From: a virus
Taxonomy: Duplodnaviria > Caudoviricetes
Reading direction: 5' to 3' (one strand)
Length of the DNA stretch: 39,171 nt
Virus record (IMG/VR): IMGVR_UViG_3300048901_000218
Span: 1-39,171 of that record
Positions within the stretch are counted from its first letter, which is position 1. Each line of letters starts with the position of its first letter. The notes under the pieces are model-generated. The model saw only the letters and a program-made list of their open reading frames with translations. It did not search any database and was not told the origin of the DNA. A program made the translations under genes and the position numbers. This document shows positions 1 through 8,066 of the stretch, one piece after another.

Positions 1-127
1 TGAAAAGATAGGAAAGACGGAAATTGTTGCTATAACGACTCTGATTCAAAATCTCGATGAAGAAAGCAATAAGAGCTTTTTCGACTGGATCAAGAAAACG
101 TACAACGTCTCAGATGTCAAGGATATC
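1..127. repeat. Terminal direct repeat (copy 1), identical to 39045-39171; circularity overlap
   Basis: TGAAAAGATAGG...AAGGATATC is present at both ends and an ORF reads through the join. The 127-bp length is typical of an assembler k-mer overlap. Confidence 0.95.
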
Positions 128-223
128 CCTCGACACGGTTTCGAGAAGTGCATGGTTTCTATCAATAACAAAATTAAATACCTCAACGATAAAGTAAAAC
201 AACAGCAGCCGGCGGTGGCATAA
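1..223 (+). CDS. C-terminal part of ERF-family ssDNA annealing protein (continues from 38575 across the circular join)
   Basis: Frame from position 2 reads EKIGKTEIVAITT...QQPAVA* (TAA 221-223), in frame with ATG 38575; about 230 aa in total. Confidence 0.85.
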   Translation, partial: EKIGKTEIVAITTLIQNLDEESNKSFFDWIKKTYNVSDVKDIPRHGFEKCMVSINNKIKYLNDKVKQQQPAVA

Positions 224-378
224 TGAAAAATCTAGATCACGCACAAAAGATCATGTACCTGACCTATATTATTCGATCTATTTGTAAAGAAAATAAAATA
301 CCGAAAGAAGTGGTTATAGAAGATTTCATTTATTTGATGAATGAGGAGGAGTCTAATGATGAAATTCAAATTCATTGA
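223..378 (+). CDS. Small hypothetical protein (51 aa)
   Basis: TAATG stop/start coupling with the ERF gene; MKNLDHAQKIMYL...IQIH*. Confidence 0.55.
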   Translation: MKNLDHAQKIMYLTYIIRSICKENKIPKEVVIEDFIYLMNEEESNDEIQIH

Positions 379-1225
379 GCTAGAGCAAGGCACTCCCGAG
401 TGGCTAGCGTGGAGAAAGACCGTCATCACAGCTACCGACGCCTCTATTCTCATGGGAAACAATCCCTGGGATACTCCTTACAAAGTCTGGCAGCGCAAGC
501 TAGGCTTGGCTGAAGAAAAGGTATCAAATGATGCCATGGAAAGAGGCAAGAGGCTCGAGCCGGAAGCTCGGGCCCAGTTTAATGAGCGTTACGGCATCCT
601 CATGGAGCCGGCAATCGTCGAGAGCACGGAATACGAATTCCTAGGCGCCTCTCTCGATGGCATGTGCCCGATAAATAATAGCCTCCTAGAGATCAAATGC
701 GGAGGCGCTAAGCTTCATGCCATGGCAGCGCAAGGAGAGATACCGCAATACTATCGAGATCAGATGCAGCATCAATTAATCGTAACAGGAGCAGAGCGAT
801 GCTACTACTATAGCTACGATGGGGCCGATGGCATCCGCATCGAGGTTCTGCCTGATCCAGGATTTAAGGAATCCTTTATACCTAAGGCGCGTGAATTCTG
901 GCGTTGCGTAGCCATGGAAGAGGCTCCGCCTCTCGAGGATAAGGATTACAGGGACATGAGCGACGATGTATCCTGGAGTGCTATTGCTTGCGACTATAGG
1001 GCTATATGCGAACAGATAAAGGTTCTCGAGCAAAAGAAAGAAGGGTATAGACAAGGACTCTTGAAACTCTCAGGAGACGTTCCGTGCTTAGGAAAGGGAA
1101 TTCGTCTCATGAAGACAACCATGAAAGGCCGCGTTGATTACGATGCCATTCCAGAGATACAGGGCATCGATCTGGACAAGTATCGCAAAGCATCAACGAC
1201 GCTTTGGAAAGTCCTTGTCGCCTAA
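356..1225 (+). CDS. YqaJ-like (lambda exonuclease family) viral recombinase/exonuclease
   Basis: LEQGTPEWLAWRK, ITATD, ERGKRLEPEAR, FLGASLDG, LEIKC and YRDQMQHQL motifs. GAGGAGGAG RBS before ATG 356/359. Adjacent to ERF. Confidence 0.92.
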   Translation: MMKFKFIELEQGTPEWLAWRKTVITATDASILMGNNPWDTPYKVWQRKLGLAEEKVSNDAMERGKRLEPEARAQFNERYGILMEPAIVESTEYEFLGASLDGMCPINNSLLEIKCGGAKLHAMAAQGEIPQYYRDQMQHQLIVTGAERCYYYSYDGADGIRIEVLPDPGFKESFIPKAREFWRCVAMEEAPPLEDKDYRDMSDDVSWSAIACDYRAICEQIKVLEQKKEGYRQGLLKLSGDVPCLGKGIRLMKTTMKGRVDYDAIPEIQGIDLDKYRKASTTLWKVLVA

Positions 1226-1233
1226 AGCAAATC

Positions 1234-1267
1234 AAAAAGGCTGTTAATATAGTCAGCAGCCTTTTTT
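1234..1267. terminator. Bidirectional intrinsic terminator between the convergent early and late operons
   Basis: AAAAAGGCTGTT-loop-AGCAGCCTTTTTT. Confidence 0.75.
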
Positions 1268-1387
1268 CTTCATGGCTTTTTTATAGCCTTCGCGCTCGTG
1301 CTTCTTGTCATTCTTTTTGTCTAACTTCACGAGCTTGTCCATGCCCTTATCTATGGCCTTTTTCTCTTTCTTGATCTGCTTATCCAT
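1253..1387 (-). CDS. Lys-rich small protein (44 aa)
   Basis: MDKQIKKEKKAIDKGMDKLVKLDKKNDKKHEREGYKKAMKKKGC*, translated by hand; packed in tandem with neighbours. Confidence 0.65.
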   Translation of the reverse strand: MDKQIKKEKKAIDKGMDKLVKLDKKNDKKHEREGYKKAMKKKGC

Positions 1388-1395
1388 ACGGGCTC

Positions 1396-1530
1396 TTATT
1401 TTTTCTTCTTGTGGTGCTTTTTACCGTCTTTCTTAGCCTTGTGAGGCATCTTTTTCCCCATTTGGTGAGAATACTTGCCGCCTTCGGCTTCTTCTTCGTG
1501 GCTATAGTTGTAATGAGCTTTCTTTTTCAT
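1396..1530 (-). CDS. Lys/His-rich small protein (44 aa)
   Basis: MKKKAHYNYSHEEEAEGGKYSHQMGKKMPHKAKKDGKKHHKKKK*; GGGAG RBS upstream. Confidence 0.65.
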   Translation of the reverse strand: MKKKAHYNYSHEEEAEGGKYSHQMGKKMPHKAKKDGKKHHKKKK

Positions 1531-1531
1531 G

Positions 1532-1684
1532 TTACTTTCTCCCTTTCTTAGGAATGTTAGCGCCAGCTTTTCTAGCTACGTTTAGCGCAATCGCCACCGC
1601 CTGCTTGCGGGGCTTGCCAGCTTCTTCTTCCCGCTTAATATTTTTCCCTATCGCCTTTTTAGAAGCGCTTTTAATGAGAGGCAT
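1532..1684 (-). CDS. Small basic phage protein of the MPL...KQAVAIAL type (50 aa)
   Basis: MPLIKSASKKAIGKNIKREEEAGKPRKQAVAIALNVARKAGANIPKKGRK*; a motif I recognise from small phage proteins. Confidence 0.75.
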   Translation of the reverse strand: MPLIKSASKKAIGKNIKREEEAGKPRKQAVAIALNVARKAGANIPKKGRK

Positions 1685-1898
1685 CTGACCCTACCTTTTC
1701 CATGAGAGGAGTATCCTTGCTGCTCTGGAGGATTTCGCATATGGTATCGATCGCTGTATTCTTGCCTTCGCCATCGCGCATGTATTGGGCATTCACAATG
1801 TTATTGATATTCGCCAGTTGCTGCAGCAGTCCCGCAACATGTGTGTATCCGAGTCCTTCTTTGAACAAGTCTTTCAGTTTGTCTAGCATGGTTTGCAT
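1671..1898 (-). CDS. Hypothetical protein
   Basis: 75-aa ORF co-oriented with, and overlapping, the downstream gene. Confidence 0.65.
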   Translation of the reverse strand: MQTMLDKLKDLFKEGLGYTHVAGLLQQLANINNIVNAQYMRDGEGKNTAIDTICEILQSSKDTPLMEKVGSDASH

Positions 1899-1978
1899 CC
1901 TTTTTTTGCAGTTCCCAAATCGCTTCTTATATCGAAAAAGGTTTTTTCCTGAATAATTATTTCTTCCCGTATGCCTTT

Positions 1979-2110
1979 TTAAAATCGGATGTCTTCAAGG
2001 TAGCTCCTCATTTTTAACTCCTCATCGCCGAAGACATCTTCATCGACGTCATAGTCTTTATTTGATCTCTGGCATGCGACTAGAATGAGACACAAAAACA
2101 ACAAGCGCAT
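1979..2110 (-). CDS. Small putative lipoprotein (43 aa)
   Basis: MRLLFLCLILVAC|QRSNKDYDVDEDVFGDEELKMRSYLEDIRF*: hydrophobic leader, LVAC lipobox-like motif, acidic tail. Confidence 0.55.
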   Translation of the reverse strand: MRLLFLCLILVACQRSNKDYDVDEDVFGDEELKMRSYLEDIRF

Positions 2111-2118
2111 AGAGGCTG

Positions 2119-4503
2119 CTAGCTTAAAATAAATTCTGTTATGACAACGTAACCGCCTGCTCCGTTTCCACCATTTGTCGATCCGTTGTTTGCTTGAGCG
2201 CCCGATCCCCCTGAAGCGAATCCAACCCCAGGATTTCCTCCCATTTGGTTGACTACAGCATTTCCTCCGGAACCCACGAGAGAGCTTCCGCCGTAGCCAG
2301 AAATAAGCGTTGTCGTCGCTGTTGTTACTGTTGCAGCCGCGCTTCCTCCAGGCATACCAGGAGACTGGATATCCCCTGTACCAGCGGCACCATTGGCTCC
2401 GCCGGTAGCGTTGTTCCCGTTAGCGGCACCTCCACCCCCGTCTCCTCCTACGGCCACGCATATTGTTCCTACGCTTGTGCTTCCACCGTTTCCTCCGTTA
2501 CTGGGAGCTGTAGCGCCACTGCCGGCTGCTCCAATTGTAACTGTCTGAGAAGCACCTACAGTTGCTGCCGATGCTGTCTTTCTTGCATATCCCCCTGCCT
2601 GGCCACCACCACCGTTGGTGAAATTGTTGACTCCAGCCGTTACACTACCGCCCTGTCCACCGCCTCCCCAGCATTCAATCGTGCAATAGACCATGCCGCT
2701 AGTAGGTGTGTAGGTTCCACTAGCAGAAAAGGTTTGAACGTTGACTTTCCAAGTCTTGGCTGTAGGAGCCGCTGAAGTATTTCCTACGAGGAACTGCTGG
2801 TTAGTAAGGGTAACCGAAGTTAGGGCGCCTGTTGTTGTCGTTGATGCAATGACAGGGCCATTGATATTAAAAGAAGTAGAGCCAGTTCCCCCGTGAGCTA
2901 CGACAAGAGTTCCTCCCAAGGTCAGCTGATTCGTCGCTCCTGTGAATGTGAGCCCCGTGGCAGCAGGGGATGTGTTTCCGAATATGTCAATGACTCCAGC
3001 TGTGGGAGTTGCCGAGCCGCTATCGCCTGTCAGCGTTGTGACCGCTCCCGAAGCGGAAACAGTCTGGAATGAAGGATCGGCGGAAGCCCCATTGCTTGTT
3101 AGAACAAAGCCAGATGTTGAAGGAGGCACATTCGTTATCGTTGCTGTTCCGGCACCAACGAGCACGTTGTGATTCGTCAGGCCTGTGAGCTGAACCGTTT
3201 CGGTATTCGCCGAGCCTGCGACTGTTATTGATCCTGTGCCTAAAATATTAAAATTCCCTGCCAAGGGCACTTCGGGGCCCCCGCTATTCCCTGTAATCGT
3301 TGTAATCGCACCAGATGCCGAAACAGCCTGAAACGAAGGATCGACAGAAACTCCATTACTCGTGAGGACAAAGCCCGCTGTGGAAGGCGAAACACTGGTT
3401 ATAGCATTGGAAGCGCCCCCAACAAGGACATCGTGTTGTGTGATTGCTGAAGCTGTGAAAGGAGAGGTTCCGTTACCAGTTAAAACACCGGTAAGCGTTG
3501 TGGCGCCTGTTCCCCCATGGGAAACAACGAGAGTTCCTCCGAGGGAAAGCGTGGCGGCTGCTCCTGTAAAAGTAAGCCCTGTGGTTGCAGGCGCTGTATT
3601 TCCAAAGACGTTGATATTGTTTCCAGAAGCAGTTGCGGTTCCGCTATCTCCAGTGAGGGTATCTAGAGTTCCGGTTCCCGTGAGAGATACAAAGCCATTG
3701 CCATCGACTGTAAAGAAAGAACTGTTGAAGGCCGCAAGCCCTACTTTCGTCGCATCCGTTGCAGCGATCGCCTGTGATTTTTGAACCTGAACTGTCAATG
3801 TGCTAACGGCTCCCGATGTCTGAACAGGAGTACTGCCGGCTGCTGTCGATGTGCCGAATATATTCCAATTGCCCCCCGTGGGCGAAAGCGCGCCGCCTAC
3901 GTTCCCTGTGATCGTCTGGCCTAAGCCCGTGCCACTGACTGAAACGAAACCGTTACTATCGACTGTGAAGAATGTGCTATTGAAGTGCGAAACGCCGTTA
4001 TCCCCTACTGTAGAAACGCCGACAGCCTGCGAACGTTGCACCTGGATCGTGTAGGTATTGGCCGCGAGCGAGTTCGTTCTTATGACATTAGTCGTGGTTC
4101 CGGCCGCTACCTGACCTCCCGTGACTGTGATGTTACCCGATCCGTTTGGCGCTACAGGGTTCGTTCCTGGAGCTGTAGCTGCATCGACGGTAAAGGTTTC
4201 AACAGCAGCCGAACCGGAAAGGGTCACAAAGCCGTTCGCATCGACGGTAAATTGAGCAGAGTTGAAGGAAGCGAGACCGGCATTCGTTCCCACGGATGAG
4301 GCAGCAGCCGAAGCGTATTGCGTTTGGATCGTGACTGTATTGCCTGATCCAGTTGTGCGCAAAGGAATACTATGCGCGGCCACAATGGTGCCTAGGATTT
4401 CAAGGACGTTTGCTATTGGGACGGCTGTACCGCTGTCCGTTACAAAACTCGTCGGTATCTGCGGGTGACTGCCCTCGACGTCGATTATTCCTGCCTGACT
4501 CAT
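2119..4503 (-). CDS. Tail fibre-like protein with internal repeats and a glycine-rich C-terminal domain
   Basis: 794 aa, G/T/S/A-rich. Three FNS.FFTVD.NGFV repeats. C-terminus TFSASGTYTPT...IECWGGGGQGG...GAGGYVVITEF. Confidence 0.8.
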   Translation of the reverse strand: MSQAGIIDVEGSHPQIPTSFVTDSGTAVPIANVLEILGTIVAAHSIPLRTTGSGNTVTIQTQYASAAASSVGTNAGLASFNSAQFTVDANGFVTLSGSAAVETFTVDAATAPGTNPVAPNGSGNITVTGGQVAAGTTTNVIRTNSLAANTYTIQVQRSQAVGVSTVGDNGVSHFNSTFFTVDSNGFVSVSGTGLGQTITGNVGGALSPTGGNWNIFGTSTAAGSTPVQTSGAVSTLTVQVQKSQAIAATDATKVGLAAFNSSFFTVDGNGFVSLTGTGTLDTLTGDSGTATASGNNINVFGNTAPATTGLTFTGAAATLSLGGTLVVSHGGTGATTLTGVLTGNGTSPFTASAITQHDVLVGGASNAITSVSPSTAGFVLTSNGVSVDPSFQAVSASGAITTITGNSGGPEVPLAGNFNILGTGSITVAGSANTETVQLTGLTNHNVLVGAGTATITNVPPSTSGFVLTSNGASADPSFQTVSASGAVTTLTGDSGSATPTAGVIDIFGNTSPAATGLTFTGATNQLTLGGTLVVAHGGTGSTSFNINGPVIASTTTTGALTSVTLTNQQFLVGNTSAAPTAKTWKVNVQTFSASGTYTPTSGMVYCTIECWGGGGQGGSVTAGVNNFTNGGGGQAGGYARKTASAATVGASQTVTIGAAGSGATAPSNGGNGGSTSVGTICVAVGGDGGGGAANGNNATGGANGAAGTGDIQSPGMPGGSAAATVTTATTTLISGYGGSSLVGSGGNAVVNQMGGNPGVGFASGGSGAQANNGSTNGGNGAGGYVVITEFILS

Positions 4504-5171
4504 TGGGCGCTCCTTTTATTTATTCTTTCTATCAGTGTGTAAATGTTCTCAATCTTCTTCTCGATAATGAACATGGCTTTTTCATAGACACGCACTTCTT
4601 TTAAAACTCTGTCTCTTTCAAGACGCGCTTCATTGAAATTGCTCTCGCCCCGCTTCCAGACGGCATCGACTTTGTCAGCCGTTTCAATTTTCAATTTCTC
4701 AAAGTCTTCTTTGAGCGCCTGAATTATCGCTTTGGTATCTCTCTGAAATTCTTGAAAGGATCGCAAATGAATCGCCGTCGCTTCTCTTATCTGTGCCTCG
4801 AGCTCTTTTTGAGCCTTGTCCGCATCTACTTTCGTCGAATAGATGACATGCAAGCCCATGAGCTCTGAAGCCAGAGCCGCCATGGTCTTTTTTTGATCGT
4901 CTATCAGCGTCCGATCTGCGAGTATCCTTTCCTTCAGAAGGCCGAGATTGCATACGGTATACGTCTTGAAATCTTTCATATCTCTTTCGCTCTGTTCCGA
5001 AAGAGACTGAAATTTCTCCATGGCAAGACGGAGAGCATCCCTGAGTTCCTGCATTTCCTTGTTATGCGAGGAGATGAGATGCTGGTGCTCTCTCATCTCC
5101 TGCTTTACAAGGGCATCGAATCTCTTGTCTGCTCTAATAGCCGGTGACAGGGATTGATGTTGGTTGCGCAT
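4500..5171 (-). CDS. Coiled-coil hypothetical protein (start uncertain)
   Basis: Helical K/E/R-rich ORF whose stop overlaps the fibre start codon. Confidence 0.7.
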   Translation of the reverse strand: MRNQHQSLSPAIRADKRFDALVKQEMREHQHLISSHNKEMQELRDALRLAMEKFQSLSEQSERDMKDFKTYTVCNLGLLKERILADRTLIDDQKKTMAALASELMGLHVIYSTKVDADKAQKELEAQIREATAIHLRSFQEFQRDTKAIIQALKEDFEKLKIETADKVDAVWKRGESNFNEARLERDRVLKEVRVYEKAMFIIEKKIENIYTLIERINKRSAQ

Positions 5172-5499
5172 AAACGACTTCAAGGTAAATGGCTCCTGAT
5201 GAGGGAGCAGCGACGTACTTGACATACCACTGCGTCCCAATTGCAAAACAAAAATCATCCTGGTTCACAGGACGGTGATTGGTCGTTATGTCAAAAAGCT
5301 TGAAGCTTCCCGCCGGCACTATCAGTTGATCGTGCGAGCCATCCATGCTGAAGAGCACGTCTTGGTTGGTCGTGTTCGTGAAACATATGATCCTAGCCGG
5401 AAAGGCAAAGGCGCTTCCCACAGCTACATAGCTTCCCGTAATGCTTCCGAAGGCCGTCGTGCGGATCGTGTCGACCATGGCTTTACTTGTAAAAGACAT
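5134..5499 (-). CDS. Small beta-rich virion-associated protein
   Basis: AAGGAGG RBS before ATG 5499; located in the structural module. Confidence 0.7.
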   Translation of the reverse strand: MSFTSKAMVDTIRTTAFGSITGSYVAVGSAFAFPARIICFTNTTNQDVLFSMDGSHDQLIVPAGSFKLFDITTNHRPVNQDDFCFAIGTQWYVKYVAAPSSGAIYLEVVYAQPTSIPVTGY

Positions 5500-5510
5500 A
5501 TGCAACCTCC

Positions 5511-6575
5511 TTATGCGTTCAAGACCAAGAAGTCGATTTGGATATCCGCTGTTGTGGTTGTAGCTCCGGTACCGTTTGTTACAACAATGGCCAAAGAGCC
5601 AGCCGACGCGGTTTTGCTCTTGATGCTTAGAGCTGAGCCGGTAGTAGCTCCGCTCATGGAAAGCATTACTTCAGTCGTAGAAGCGGTGATCGAAGAGTTT
5701 GTCAATGTCAGAGTCAAGTCAGCTCCAGCTGCAATGGAAACTGACGTGAAGGTAGCTCTTCCCGATCTTCCGTTAACAACAACCGGAGAAGATGCCACGC
5801 CAGAAGCTTGGGAAGAATTCAAAAGAATCCCCGTGCCAACTGCTGTCGCAACAAAGTTACCGTTAGTTGCTGTGATATTGCCTAAGGTTGCAGTCATGCT
5901 AGTTCCAGCGTTGACCGCGCCAGCCGTCGCAGAAACGTTGCCAGTCGTTGCTGTTACCCCCGTTCCGCCCGTGACAGTCGTCCCTGCGGATACAGCCCCT
6001 GCTGTTGCGACAATGTTTCCGGTAGTCGAAGTGATGCCCGTTCCTGCGGTCACAGTGCCACTGGCCGAGAGGTTACCGGATGAGGCGGTGATGTTGCCTG
6101 TGGTTGCCGTGATACCAGTGCCAGCTGTAACGGTTGTGCCTGCTGAAACCGATCCAGCCGTGGCGGCGATATTCCCCAACGTGGCGGTAATGTTACCAGT
6201 AGAAACGACAGCGTTTCCGGTCGTCACGGTTAAGCCCGTTCCGGCGGTCAGGGTCGTAGTCGTCGTCAAGGAGCCAGGAGTTGTGATTGCTGAAGGCAAA
6301 GACACGGTTGCGACACCTGCGACAGTAGTCACAGTGATTTGGTTGGCCGTTCCAAGCACTTGAGCAATGTTTCCTCCGCTAGCTGATAAAACTTCCCAGT
6401 TACCACCGCCGGCATAGATGTAAAACGTTGTAGGATTTACAGGAGGGGTAAATACGACCTGTCCTATTTCATAATTCGTCTGATTGCTCGTAGGAGGATT
6501 CTGGAAAGGAATAGGGGGTGGCAGCACAGGGATTAGAGCCTGACCGATTCCGTAGACTTGAAACATTTTTGCCAT
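5511..6575 (-). CDS. Repeat-containing structural/fibre protein
   Basis: 354 aa with tandem ~26-aa GNI.AT.G.VSAGTTVTAGTGIT.TT repeats; GGAG RBS. Confidence 0.75.
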   Translation of the reverse strand: MAKMFQVYGIGQALIPVLPPPIPFQNPPTSNQTNYEIGQVVFTPPVNPTTFYIYAGGGNWEVLSASGGNIAQVLGTANQITVTTVAGVATVSLPSAITTPGSLTTTTTLTAGTGLTVTTGNAVVSTGNITATLGNIAATAGSVSAGTTVTAGTGITATTGNITASSGNLSASGTVTAGTGITSTTGNIVATAGAVSAGTTVTGGTGVTATTGNVSATAGAVNAGTSMTATLGNITATNGNFVATAVGTGILLNSSQASGVASSPVVVNGRSGRATFTSVSIAAGADLTLTLTNSSITASTTEVMLSMSGATTGSALSIKSKTASAGSLAIVVTNGTGATTTTADIQIDFLVLNA

Positions 6576-6669
6576 ACAAATACTCCGTTTAAGGTGGTTA
6601 CTGTTTATTTGAAAGCTGCTGTATAAAATTCACAGGGGTCAATGAAAAGATTCTTTGAGCAAAAAAAGT

Positions 6670-6698
6670 TAGACGTTTAATGCCTATCGTGATACACT
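6670..6698 (+). promoter_or_regulatory. Putative sigma70-type promoter for the plus-strand island
   Basis: TAGACG-17 bp-TACACT with TG extended -10, about 30 nt upstream of ATG 6730. Confidence 0.5.
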
Positions 6699-6729
6699 AT
6701 GAGCAAGTGTAAAATAAGGAATAGAGTCC

Positions 6730-6945
6730 ATGAGCATAAACTTTCTGACTCTTGAAGAATTTGCTAAACGGGTCAAAATGCATAAGAACAGCATTCGCAG
6801 AGCTATCCGCAACGGGAAGATATTTGCGACACGTCCAGCGGGAGGAAAAAGAGCCCCTTATCGGATTGCCGAGAGTGAACTAGAGCGCCTGTATCTTCAG
6901 GGCATGTGTGACCCAAAAAAGGAAAAAGATCATGGAATTGTTTAA
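6730..6945 (+). CDS. Excisionase-like (HTH_17-type) DNA-binding protein
   Basis: FLTLEEFAKRVKMHKNSIRRAIRNGKIFA...YRIAESELER; AAGGA RBS. Confidence 0.85.
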   Translation: MSINFLTLEEFAKRVKMHKNSIRRAIRNGKIFATRPAGGKRAPYRIAESELERLYLQGMCDPKKEKDHGIV

Positions 6946-7150
6946 AAAACACGTTGACACAGTCATTATTTTGACTGCCTTTGCTACTGCTATTCTCTGG
7001 ATGAATGGTCGCTTCAACGAAGTAGACAGGCAATTTGGTGCCGTCGATAAAAAATTCGCAGAAGTGCACCAAGAATTAGCCGTCATAAAAACGGTTCTGA
7101 TTATGAAGAACATCATGCCAGTCGAATTAGCAGTTAAACCCGAACAGTAA
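6932..7150 (+). CDS. Small membrane protein with coiled-coil tail
   Basis: One hydrophobic helix (VIILTAFATAILWM) followed by a heptad-like FNEVDRQFGAVDKKFAEV segment. Confidence 0.7.
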   Translation: MELFKKHVDTVIILTAFATAILWMNGRFNEVDRQFGAVDKKFAEVHQELAVIKTVLIMKNIMPVELAVKPEQ

Positions 7151-7274
7151 ATGATGCTGCTCTGGGGCAAAATCTATAACTTTCTCATGTGGATACAAAT
7201 GACGGGCACGTGGGATGTTCTGATTTTCGTAGCCCGTCTAGTGAAAAAATGCATCTGTGGTTTTTGAGGTGACT

Positions 7275-7475
7275 ATGAAGCTCTGGGAAGCGCTTAAAGC
7301 AGTTCAGAAAGGAAAGAAAGTCCGTATGTCTCATTGGGAAAATACCTACATAGACAAAGAAAATTGGTTCGAGGTTCTGTACACCATGGGGCCAAAGGAT
7401 TTTTCCTCTAAGGCCAACAAGAAATTCTTTGAGATGCTGGCAGAGGAAGAATGGGAAATTTACGAGGGTCTATGA
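7275..7475 (+). CDS. DUF2829/Tad2-like small protein
   Basis: MKLWEALKAVQKGKKVRMSHW...MLAEEEWEIYE matches the family end motifs as I recall them; GAGGTG RBS. Confidence 0.55.
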   Translation: MKLWEALKAVQKGKKVRMSHWENTYIDKENWFEVLYTMGPKDFSSKANKKFFEMLAEEEWEIYEGL

Positions 7476-7590
7476 ATGAGATAATGAACTTTTGCGACAG
7501 CCACGTCGGCCTCATGGTCTTTTTGCTTTTGATTCTCATGGTATTCAAACGATAAAAATACCGCTGAAGCGGCAAAAAAGAGGTGATCAA

Positions 7591-8043
7591 ATGAGTGTAT
7601 CTTACGAAAAAGACTTTTATGGCTGGTGCAACGAGCAAGCTGCCGATCTTCTTGCTGGCAGACTTGAGCATCTGGATTTAAGAAATTTGGCTGAGGAGAT
7701 TGAGTGTTTGGGAAAGCAATGGAAGCGCGAATTGAGAAGCCGTTTTAAAATTCTATTTTTACATCTTTTGAAGTGGGAATATAGTCCTTCGGATGTGAGA
7801 GAGTACTCAAAAAAAAGTTGGTTAAGTTCTATTCGATGTCAACAAAAAGAAATCCCAGAATTTTTGGATGAAAACCCAAGTCTGCAAAGTTGCCTTGAAG
7901 AATGTGTAAAAAAAGCTTATGAAATTGCTAGATTCGAAGCCTCTTTAGAGGGGAAATTGATTTTGGCCGATCTTCCTATAGATTGTCCTTATGATTTGCA
8001 AGATGCTTTAAAAAAAGACTGGCTTCCAAAGGATAGATGGTAA
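7591..8043 (+). CDS. DUF29 family protein
   Basis: YEKDFYGWCNEQA, LDLRNLAEEIE.LGK, LHLLKWEY, SWLSSI, NPSL and LPIDCPY motifs; GAGGTG RBS. Confidence 0.9.
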   Translation: MSVSYEKDFYGWCNEQAADLLAGRLEHLDLRNLAEEIECLGKQWKRELRSRFKILFLHLLKWEYSPSDVREYSKKSWLSSIRCQQKEIPEFLDENPSLQSCLEECVKKAYEIARFEASLEGKLILADLPIDCPYDLQDALKKDWLPKDRW

Positions 8044-8066
8044 TTAAGGAATAAAAAATGTTTATT

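Noticed and set aside
5275-6363. 362-aa plus-strand ORF
   Set aside because: Antisense shadow of the repetitive T/G/A-rich structural gene; V/P/A-rich with no RBS.
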